Origin: a virus
Lineage: Duplodnaviria > Caudoviricetes
Strand: one strand, 5' to 3'
DNA: 35,803 nt
IMG/VR virus record: IMGVR_UViG_3300037743_000017
Coordinates: 1-35,803 of that record
Positions 8,831 to 16,166 of this stretch are shown piece by piece; position 1 is the stretch's first letter; every line of letters begins with the position of its first letter. The notes below the pieces were generated by a model. It was not told where the DNA came from and searched no databases. It worked only from the letters and a program-made list of their open reading frames with translations. Position numbers and translations under genes: made by a program.

Positions 8831-8860
8831 ACCGTAACCCCCTATCTGCGCAGGTGGCAA
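8831..8860 (-). promoter_or_regulatory. candidate sigma-A promoter for the Y RNA-Ro60 operon
   Basis: Minus strand TTGCCA-N18-TACGGT, ending 12 nt upstream of Y RNA 4. Confidence 0.55.
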
Positions 8861-8996
8861 GCGGTATACCTAAACCCCTCCCCCACCTGGACCTTCACAT
8901 GTCCTACACTCCGGCGCAGAAGTAGGATGCACGACCCGTCGGCCCGAGGCCGCGTGCCAGAGACGTACACGCACCCACCAGACGGGAGTAGCCCTG

Positions 8997-10640
8997 ATGG
9001 ACTTCGAAATCCCCGAGAACCTCGACGGACTCGGCCGCGACGAGATCGCCGCCCTGGTCGCCAAGGCGTACGAAGAGTCGGCAGCCTTCGACAAGATCGC
9101 CGACGAGGACTTCACCCCGGAGAACCTGGAAGAGCTGGAGAAGCTCGCCAATCTCATCGAGACGGGGAACGCCACGGTCGCCAAGATCGACGCCGAGGCC
9201 CAGAAGAACGCCGACCGCCTCGCGAACGCCCGCAAGGCAGTCGCCAAGCCGGAGCCGACCCCCGAGCCCGACCCGGAGCCGGAGCCGGAGCCCGCCCCGG
9301 TCGAGGACGAAGAGAAGGTCCCGGTCACCGCCGCCGCCAAGCGCAAGCAGGTCACCCAGCGCCTCGCGCGGACGACCCCCGCACCCGAGCTTCCCGAGCG
9401 CCCCCAGGCGACCATCATCGCCTCCGCCGACGTCCCCGGCTTCGGCACCGGCGCGATCATGGGCGACCTCGACGCAGTCGCTGAGGGCTTCATCGCCCGC
9501 TTCGGTGCGATGCCCCCGGGCAAGGTCGGCAACATGCAGAACCGCTACGGCGTCGCCACCATCAAGAAGGCCCGCACCGATGGCCTCGTCCTCGAAGGCG
9601 GCCAGTTCCGCTCCCTCCAGGACCTGCTTCAGGAGGCGTCGCGGGAGTCTCGCCTTCCGGGCGGTTCGCTGACTGCTGCCGGTGGCTGGTGTGCCCCGTC
9701 CGAGACCGTGTACGACCTTTGCACGATCGAGTCGACGGACGGCCTCTGGGACGTCCCCTCCGTGAACGCCACCCGTGGTGGCCTGAACTTCACCAAGGGT
9801 CCGGACTTCTCGGACTTCTACGCCTATGCGGCGACCGCGTTCCAGACCGAGGCTGAGGCCGAGGCCGGTACGACCAAGGTCTGCATCGACGTGGAGTGCC
9901 CGCCCTTCACGGACGTGCGCATGGATGTCGCCTACGCGTGCATCCGGGCTGGCATCCTGACGAACTCTGCGTACCCGGAGCTGATCCGGCGCTACGTCGA
10001 GGGTGTCCTGATCGCCCAGCAGCACGCCATGACGGCGCGCCTCATCTCGCAGGCCGAGACTGTCACGGGCGCCGCCATCTCCCTGACGGACGTGTGGGCG
10101 AACGTCATCGGCTTCCTCGCCATGCTGGAGCTGGTCGCCGAGGGTGAGCGTCAGCGCTTCCGCATGGCTCGCTCTGCGACGCTGGAGATCATCCTCCCGT
10201 TCTGGACCCGGGCGGCCATCCGCGCCGACCTGTCCAACCGGACCGGTGTGGAGCTGACGAACGTCACCGACCAGATGATCGACGCCCACTTCGCCACTCG
10301 TGGCCTTCGGGTGCAGTTCATCTACAACTACCAGGAGCTGGACGTGACGACCGCTGGTGTCGCGACCGACTACCCGGACACGGTCGAGACGATCATGTAC
10401 CCGGCTGGCACCTTCGTGAACCTCACGAAGGATGTCATCTCGCTGGAGGCGATCTACGACAGCACCGGCCTGGAGACGAACACCTACACGGCCATGTTCG
10501 CCGAGGAGGGTATGGCGCTCGCGAACGTCTGCCACGACCCGCGCCGCCTCTCCATCCCGTTCCAGGTCACCGGCCTCACGGCTGCTGCGATCATCAACCA
10601 GGATCTCGGCGAGGCTCCGCCCGCCTACACCGAGGACTGA
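8997..10640 (+). CDS. major capsid (hexamer-type) protein with N-terminal scaffold-like region
   Basis: Coiled-coil N-terminus, PE-rich linker, and the LTAAGGWCAPSETVYDLC...RGG motif characteristic of this actinophage capsid family. Confidence 0.88.
   Translation: MDFEIPENLDGLGRDEIAALVAKAYEESAAFDKIADEDFTPENLEELEKLANLIETGNATVAKIDAEAQKNADRLANARKAVAKPEPTPEPDPEPEPEPAPVEDEEKVPVTAAAKRKQVTQRLARTTPAPELPERPQATIIASADVPGFGTGAIMGDLDAVAEGFIARFGAMPPGKVGNMQNRYGVATIKKARTDGLVLEGGQFRSLQDLLQEASRESRLPGGSLTAAGGWCAPSETVYDLCTIESTDGLWDVPSVNATRGGLNFTKGPDFSDFYAYAATAFQTEAEAEAGTTKVCIDVECPPFTDVRMDVAYACIRAGILTNSAYPELIRRYVEGVLIAQQHAMTARLISQAETVTGAAISLTDVWANVIGFLAMLELVAEGERQRFRMARSATLEIILPFWTRAAIRADLSNRTGVELTNVTDQMIDAHFATRGLRVQFIYNYQELDVTTAGVATDYPDTVETIMYPAGTFVNLTKDVISLEAIYDSTGLETNTYTAMFAEEGMALANVCHDPRRLSIPFQVTGLTAAAIINQDLGEAPPAYTED
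9249..9299 (+). repeat. Pro-Glu low-complexity repeat in the capsid linker
   Basis: CCGGAG-like hexamers encoding PEPTPEPDPEPEPEPAP. Confidence 0.8.
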
Positions 10641-10645
10641 TCGGC

Positions 10646-10680
10646 GGAAGGGTGCTGACGCGGCCGGTCAGCACCCTTCC
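10646..10680 (+). terminator. hairpin after the major capsid gene (terminator/attenuator)
   Basis: 14-bp perfect stem GGAAGGGTGCTGAC / GTCAGCACCCTTCC with a 7-nt loop and only a short T tail. Confidence 0.7.
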
Positions 10681-10703
10681 TTCCCCCGAAGGGAGGTAGG
10701 CCG

Positions 10704-11501
10704 ATGGTTCTTGGAACACCCGTCTACATCGAGGCACCTGCCGTCCAGGCTGCTCCTGGTGGCCTGTACGCGGTGGCCCGTGTCATCGACGCAGACCGCC
10801 ACGTCGGCGCGTCTGGCATTCAGTACCTGGCGGAGACATGCGGTGTTGCATCGGTTCTTGACGACCCCGCATGCACGCCCGCTGGGGAGCGTCCGACCAA
10901 GACGTTCGACGAGATCGACATCATCTCCGGCGACCCGTTCGCCGTGTACAAGGGCACCGAATGCACGGACATGACCGGCGACGACTCTTCGTGGGCTCGC
11001 CGGGGACTGGAGCTGACCGAGCACATCGCGGTCGAGACCCAGGTCATGGCGGACCTTCTCCAGGGGGCGACCGACGTGACGCCGACGCCTGGCACTGCCG
11101 TCCCGGTGCGTCATGGGATCGCTCTCCTGGAGGGCGTCGCAGCGGCGAACTATGGCGGTGTCCCGGTGCTGCACATGGCCCGCTCCACGGCCACGATCGG
11201 GTTCTCTGAGCGCGTCCTGGAGCATGACCTGAACTTCACTGTCACGACCATGCAGGGCGCCCTGGTCGCGAACGGCGGCGGCTACGAGACGAACCTCAGC
11301 CCGGCAGGTGTGGAGGCGTCGGCAGGGGAGGCGTGGATCTACGTCACCGGCGCTGTCACCGTGGCGCGTACGCCTGTCGTGGTGAACCGGGTCCTGGGTG
11401 CCAGCGAGGCGCTGAACATCCAGAACGCACTGGCGGAGCGGTTCATCTCTGTCACCGCCGAGTGCATCAAGTACGCCGTACTCGTGGAGCTGGTCGTCTG
11501 A
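10704..11501 (+). CDS. second capsid protein (pentamer-type)
   Basis: RBS GGGAGG. Follows the capsid gene; PGGLY..PFAVY..GGGY..WIYVTGAV..ALAER pattern matches what I recall of the 'major capsid pentamer' family. Confidence 0.7.
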   Translation: MVLGTPVYIEAPAVQAAPGGLYAVARVIDADRHVGASGIQYLAETCGVASVLDDPACTPAGERPTKTFDEIDIISGDPFAVYKGTECTDMTGDDSSWARRGLELTEHIAVETQVMADLLQGATDVTPTPGTAVPVRHGIALLEGVAAANYGGVPVLHMARSTATIGFSERVLEHDLNFTVTTMQGALVANGGGYETNLSPAGVEASAGEAWIYVTGAVTVARTPVVVNRVLGASEALNIQNALAERFISVTAECIKYAVLVELVV

Positions 11502-11860
11502 TGGATGAACTGACATACGGACCGCGATCCCGCAAGAACGCGCGAGCCCTGATCGATGCAGCGAAGGATCTGGGCTACGCCACGAGTGTGGTCCGCACCT
11601 CCTTCGCTGGCTACATCGCACCCAGGGATGTTGTAGAGCGTGTGGCGGGCGTGAAAGACATCGAGGAGGGCGTCACCTACCCCGAGCCCCCGAAGCCCGT
11701 CTACGAGCCTCCTGCGCCTTCTGGAGTGCCTCGGGGGAATGCCTCTCGCAAGATCTGGGAGGACTTCGCCCGTGAAGTCGGGGTGGACCCGGAGGGCCTG
11801 GAGTACATCGAGCTGAAGCGTGCCGCCACCGAGGCGGCCCGGACAGGAAAGGAGAACTAG
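11501..11860 (+). CDS. hypothetical virion-associated protein
   Basis: ATG at 11501 overlaps the upstream TGA. C-terminal PRGNASRKIWEDFA motif. Confidence 0.75.
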   Translation: MDELTYGPRSRKNARALIDAAKDLGYATSVVRTSFAGYIAPRDVVERVAGVKDIEEGVTYPEPPKPVYEPPAPSGVPRGNASRKIWEDFAREVGVDPEGLEYIELKRAATEAARTGKEN

Positions 11861-11863
11861 GAC

Positions 11864-12793
11864 ATGGTCACAAAGTGTCGGTCCTACGTCCGTGGCCGCG
11901 CCATGCGCGTTACCAAGCTGGACGGATGCGGCCGCCCCGTTTACAGCGATTGCAGCACCGTCACCTCTGACGGGTTCGTGAGCATCGCCTACACGGCCAA
12001 CACGGACGACGGCGAGGAGATCAACGTCCAGAACGCGGCCGGTGAACGCTGCGTCTACGACCCCGCGATCCCCACATTCCTCGGGTACACGATCGAAGTC
12101 ACGTTCTGCAACGTCGACCCCGACCTGTTCGCGATGATGACAGGCCAGCGAACCATTACGGATGCCTTCGGCGACGTCGTCGGCTTCGCGATGGACTCTT
12201 CGGTCAAGGCTTCTGATGTGGCGTTCGCGCTGGAGGTCTGGGCCGGTTCCCAGGGCAACGGCGCATGTGTCGAGGGCGCTACGGGCAGCTACGGCTACAT
12301 CCTTCTGCCGTTCCTTCAGGGCGGCATCGTCGGTGACTTCACCATCGAGAACGCCGAGGTAACGTTCACAGTCTCGGGTGCTGCCACGAAGGACGGCAAC
12401 GCCTGGGGTGTCGGCCCGTACGACGTGGTCGTGGGTGCCGACATGGACCCGGCCCCGCTGCCGGACCCGCTCACGACGACGGACCACCTGTACGTCATCG
12501 AGACGGGTATCGCCCCGCCCGAGGCGCTGTGTGGCTGCCGCCCGCTCCTGGACCCCGCTGGGGCGGACCTGGAGAGCGTGGACACCGAGGCGACCCTCCT
12601 GTCGGTCGACTTCGATCCGGTGCCGGAAGGGTCGGACCCGTGGTGGATCGACTTCGGCGACGGGACGTGGGACTACTCGGAAGATGGTTCGACCATCACG
12701 CACGAGTACGAGGAAGCTGGCACGTACGAGTTCACCGCCTACCGGGGCACCACCTCGGTGACGGACACTGTCACGGTCAGCGCCACGACCTGA
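11864..12793 (+). CDS. major tail tube protein with C-terminal PKD/Ig-like domain
   Basis: RGRAMRVTKLDGCG..FCNVDPDL..FALEVW motifs. The C-terminus WWIDFGDG..HEYEEAGTY is PKD-like. Confidence 0.85.
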   Translation: MVTKCRSYVRGRAMRVTKLDGCGRPVYSDCSTVTSDGFVSIAYTANTDDGEEINVQNAAGERCVYDPAIPTFLGYTIEVTFCNVDPDLFAMMTGQRTITDAFGDVVGFAMDSSVKASDVAFALEVWAGSQGNGACVEGATGSYGYILLPFLQGGIVGDFTIENAEVTFTVSGAATKDGNAWGVGPYDVVVGADMDPAPLPDPLTTTDHLYVIETGIAPPEALCGCRPLLDPAGADLESVDTEATLLSVDFDPVPEGSDPWWIDFGDGTWDYSEDGSTITHEYEEAGTYEFTAYRGTTSVTDTVTVSATT

Positions 12794-12807
12794 TCCACTG
12801 GGATGAT

Positions 12808-12843
12808 TGGCGGGGGCATTTAACGTGTTAAATGCCCCCGCCA
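12808..12843. promoter_or_regulatory. palindromic motif copy 1, embedded in a 17-bp-stem hairpin
   Basis: TGGCGGGGG-CATTTAACGTGTTAAATG-CCCCCGCCA; core at 12817-12834. Confidence 0.7.
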
Positions 12844-12866
12844 TCGTCCTGTAGAAGGAGGAAAAG

Positions 12867-13595
12867 ATGACCACCGAGGCTGAAGTCCTGGCACAGTTCC
12901 CCGACAACACCACTGGCGACATCGATGCCGATAATGTGCGGAACTTCGTCGGGGCCACATGGGAGCGTTTCAACGGTGCCACTGCCGTAGACGGCATCCA
13001 GTTCGACACGAATCCCCCGGTGCCCGCGCACACGCCAGGTCACATGCACTGGAACACCTCCGAGGGAATCCCGGAGGTGATGACCAACATCACCGGCGTC
13101 ATCCTCCAACTGGGGCACGAACTGTTTGCCGAGGTGCGGAACAACTCGGGTGCGGCGATCCCGAACGGGCGTGCGGTGCGGATCACAGGCGGGATCGGAA
13201 CGCGCCCCACGATCGGACTGGACAACGGGGAGGGCGGCGTCCTCGGGCTGACGACTCACCAGATCGCGAACAACTCCAACGGGAAGGTCACGCTGTTCGG
13301 GCTGATTCGCGGCGTGAACACGTCGGCGTTCTCCGAAGGGGACGTGATCTACTCCTCGTCCACGGGGACGCTGACAACCTCGATCACGTCCTCGTTCGTC
13401 GGGTACGTCACGGACTCCCACGTGAGTGACGGCACGATCCTTGCCTCACGTCTGCGGACCGACGCGGCAGCAGGAACCACGGCTCAGCGGCCCACCACGA
13501 GGGCTCTGGGCTTCCGGTACTTCGACAACGACCTGGGGTTCCCGATCTGGTGGAACGGCGCGGACTGGGTTGACTCCACAGGCTCGGTGGTCTGA
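12867..13595 (+). CDS. putative virion fibre/decoration protein
   Basis: RBS AAGGAGG. G/T/N-rich beta structure; C-terminal GTTAQRP..YFD..PIWWNG..W motif common in phage fibre proteins. Confidence 0.6.
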   Translation: MTTEAEVLAQFPDNTTGDIDADNVRNFVGATWERFNGATAVDGIQFDTNPPVPAHTPGHMHWNTSEGIPEVMTNITGVILQLGHELFAEVRNNSGAAIPNGRAVRITGGIGTRPTIGLDNGEGGVLGLTTHQIANNSNGKVTLFGLIRGVNTSAFSEGDVIYSSSTGTLTTSITSSFVGYVTDSHVSDGTILASRLRTDAAAGTTAQRPTTRALGFRYFDNDLGFPIWWNGADWVDSTGSVV

Positions 13596-14464
13596 TGAGC
13601 GTCGAGAACGAGTTCTCCAGCGCGTTCTCCAGCGCGTTCGACGCGACGTCCAGCGACTTCCCCGGACCGCTGGACCTGTGCTGGCCCGTGAACTGGGATG
13701 TCTGCCCCGGCGATGTGCTGTCTCAGATCACGCCAGACCAGCAGGCCGTAGCCGAAGCCATGGCTGTGCAGACCCTGCGGGTCCTGACTGGCTACCGGGT
13801 CGGCGGCTGCCCTGTCACGGTCCGGCCATGCTCGATCCGGTGCCGGACCAGCTCGTGGCTGATCGCGCCCGTAGGCATGGCGAACTGGGCTGGCGCTTAC
13901 GGCGGATGGGGGTTCTCCCCCTACATCGGCCCTGGCGGTGCGTGGCTGAACGCCTGCGGCTGCCGGAACGATGACTGCTCCTGCACGAAGGTTCACGAAG
14001 TCCTGCTTCCGGGCCATGTCGGCAATATTGTCTCGGTGGTCATCGACGACGAGATCCTGCCGACCACCTCCTACCGTGTGGACGACGGGAACCGGCTCGT
14101 GCGCACGGACGGCGAGGACTGGCCTACCTGCCAGGACATGAACGCCGAATCGGGGCCTGGGACCTTCTTCGTCACGTACCTGAACGGCAACCCGGTAGAC
14201 AACGTCGGCTCGTACATTGCAGGACTCGTCGCTGCCGAGTACGCGAAGGCGTGCCTGGACATCGCCTGCGCGCTGCCCTCGAACGTCACGAGCGTGACCC
14301 GGCAGGGCATCTCCATGCAGCTCGACCCGGATGCGTTCGCGAACGGGACAGGGATGCGGCTCGTGGACGAGTATGTGCGGATCTGGAACCCGTACAACGT
14401 GCCGCCGTCAGGGGTCTACTCCCCCGACGACCGTCGCGGCCGAGTCACCACCTGGAGGGCCTGA
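13595..14464 (+). CDS. head-to-tail adaptor
   Basis: Cys-rich; LTG..GCPVTVRPC and CALP..VTSVTRQGIS motifs; position in the structural operon. Confidence 0.75.
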   Translation: MSVENEFSSAFSSAFDATSSDFPGPLDLCWPVNWDVCPGDVLSQITPDQQAVAEAMAVQTLRVLTGYRVGGCPVTVRPCSIRCRTSSWLIAPVGMANWAGAYGGWGFSPYIGPGGAWLNACGCRNDDCSCTKVHEVLLPGHVGNIVSVVIDDEILPTTSYRVDDGNRLVRTDGEDWPTCQDMNAESGPGTFFVTYLNGNPVDNVGSYIAGLVAAEYAKACLDIACALPSNVTSVTRQGISMQLDPDAFANGTGMRLVDEYVRIWNPYNVPPSGVYSPDDRRGRVTTWRA

Positions 14465-14952
14465 TGGTTTACACCCCAGACACGACCGTCTGGCCCCTCC
14501 TCGTAGAACTGAAGGAGTGCCTATGCCAGGAGCTGACGACTGCTGAGCTGCTGCCGGGTGACTGCTTCTGCGGCATCCTCCCCGGCTCCGATGTGCCGTA
14601 CGACTACGACAATGGCATGGCCTGGGTTCGCCTGACCGGTGCGAACCCGTCTCGGACGTTCCCTAATGCGGCCGTCTTCTCGAACGGCTGCGGTGCCCCA
14701 CTCGCGTTCGGCGTCGAGGTGGGAGCCCTCGCATGCATCCCCGGCCTCGCGCCTGGAGGGGCGTTCCCTACGACAGAGGTCCGCCAGGAGGCGGCGAGCA
14801 TCCAGATCGCGACCATGCAGGCGATGCGTCGCGCCATCACCTGCTGCATGCCGAAGGGGCTGGAAATCCTGCTCCAGAGCTACACCCCGGTCGGCCCAGA
14901 CGGTGGTCTCGTCGGCGGCATCTGGACGGCGTCGATCTCTGAGGAGTTCTGA
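14464..14952 (+). CDS. tail terminator-like protein
   Basis: ATG at 14464 (TGATG overlap). AWVRL..., GPDGGLVGG.W motifs; synteny. Confidence 0.6.
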   Translation: MVYTPDTTVWPLLVELKECLCQELTTAELLPGDCFCGILPGSDVPYDYDNGMAWVRLTGANPSRTFPNAAVFSNGCGAPLAFGVEVGALACIPGLAPGGAFPTTEVRQEAASIQIATMQAMRRAITCCMPKGLEILLQSYTPVGPDGGLVGGIWTASISEEF

Positions 14953-15500
14953 TGGCCCGTGGCATCCGGACGACTACCCGCGTGCGTGTCATCGAGCGGA
15001 ACCTTCGCGGGATCATGCTCCCGGGTGGCGATGTGTACGACTTCTTCGACGATATCGGCGACCAGATCGCTCGATCAGCAGCGGTGCGCGCCCCTGCTGT
15101 GAGCGGCACCCTGGCTCGAAGCATCCGGAACAAGGGGACCGAGTCGAACGGTGTCACCCTCACGGTGGAGGTCGGTCCGACCGGCGCGGCGCTGGAGTAT
15201 GCCCACTACGTCATCCAGGGCACGAGTGCCCGAGGGAACGTAGGGAAGAAGCCAATCGGTCAGGCACTCGCCCAGCGGGGTGTGCCGAACGGTGGACCGT
15301 GGTTCCCTGGCCGACCCCAGGCCAGCCGCCCGAGCGGCCGGGTGAACCGGCGCCCTGGAAACTTCAACTCGAACCCGCCGAACGTGTGGTTCACGTCAGG
15401 CTCGGTGATTCGCGGCCAGGAGGAAAACAACTTCATCGCCCGCGCCGCCCAGGACGTCCTGGCGCGGAACGGGATCGTCGGAACGATCAGCCTGGCGTAG
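14952..15500 (+). CDS. neck/tail completion protein (HK97 gp10-like)
   Basis: APAVSGTLARSI and YAHYVIQGT motifs; basic protein. Confidence 0.65.
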   Translation: MARGIRTTTRVRVIERNLRGIMLPGGDVYDFFDDIGDQIARSAAVRAPAVSGTLARSIRNKGTESNGVTLTVEVGPTGAALEYAHYVIQGTSARGNVGKKPIGQALAQRGVPNGGPWFPGRPQASRPSGRVNRRPGNFNSNPPNVWFTSGSVIRGQEENNFIARAAQDVLARNGIVGTISLA

Positions 15501-15533
15501 CGCACAGGTAGCCTTGGCGGTAAAGGAGGAAAC

Positions 15534-16013
15534 ATGACACTGAAGCAGTTCGGAAACGCCGCCAAGGCATCCACAGCGGAGCCCCAGGAGCCGCCCCTGA
15601 AGGCGAATGTCCTGGATCGGCAGGTCACATTCAACTCCCCGGGCACAGGCCAGATCGCGTATGTGGCTTCCTACATGGCAGGCGATGACGGAGAGATCAT
15701 CCAGTACGGGGGGATGCTGAACTTCCTGTTCTCGCTTCTCCAGGACGACGATGATCGTGCCTACGTGAAGCGCTCGCTGCGAGACCAGTCACTGACGATG
15801 GAGGATGTCGAAGAGATCCTCATCTGGATCGTCGAGGAGTGGTCCGAACGCCCTACGAAGCGACCGTCCGACTTCTCGGATGGTCAGCGCACTACTGGGA
15901 AGTCTTCGACGGCGAACTCGCGTCGCGTGGCATCTCGCCGTTCGACCTCCGGATCGACCGCCTCTGCAACACGATCTACTCGCGCATCATCCAAGAAGGA
16001 CTCCGAGGACTAG
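15534..16013 (+). CDS. tail assembly chaperone
   Basis: RBS AAGGAGG; first of two overlapping ORFs before the tape measure gene. Confidence 0.75.
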   Translation: MTLKQFGNAAKASTAEPQEPPLKANVLDRQVTFNSPGTGQIAYVASYMAGDDGEIIQYGGMLNFLFSLLQDDDDRAYVKRSLRDQSLTMEDVEEILIWIVEEWSERPTKRPSDFSDGQRTTGKSSTANSRRVASRRSTSGSTASATRSTRASSKKDSED

Positions 16014-16150
16014 AAGCGACGATCGATGAACTGACAGAGAACCTGAACTCGGAACTGGCGAAACCCCTCCCGGGTCGCAGGCACAGGGTCACTCAGGACT
16101 CCATAGACGACGAGATGGCGCTGTTCCGCAAGGCGCAGCAGAACGTGTAG
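15839..16150 (+). CDS. tail assembly chaperone second ORF (-1 frame)
   Basis: Overlaps the preceding ORF by 175 nt in the -1 frame and lies directly before the tape measure gene. Confidence 0.65.
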   Translation: MVRTPYEATVRLLGWSAHYWEVFDGELASRGISPFDLRIDRLCNTIYSRIIQEGLRGLEATIDELTENLNSELAKPLPGRRHRVTQDSIDDEMALFRKAQQNV

Positions 16151-16166
16151 CAGGAGAGGAGGGTAG

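Noticed and set aside
8904-10535. 543-aa minus-strand ORF
   Set aside because: Antisense shadow of the capsid gene caused by high-GC codon bias.
11339-13033. 564-aa minus-strand ORF
   Set aside because: Spans several well-supported plus-strand genes; shadow ORF.
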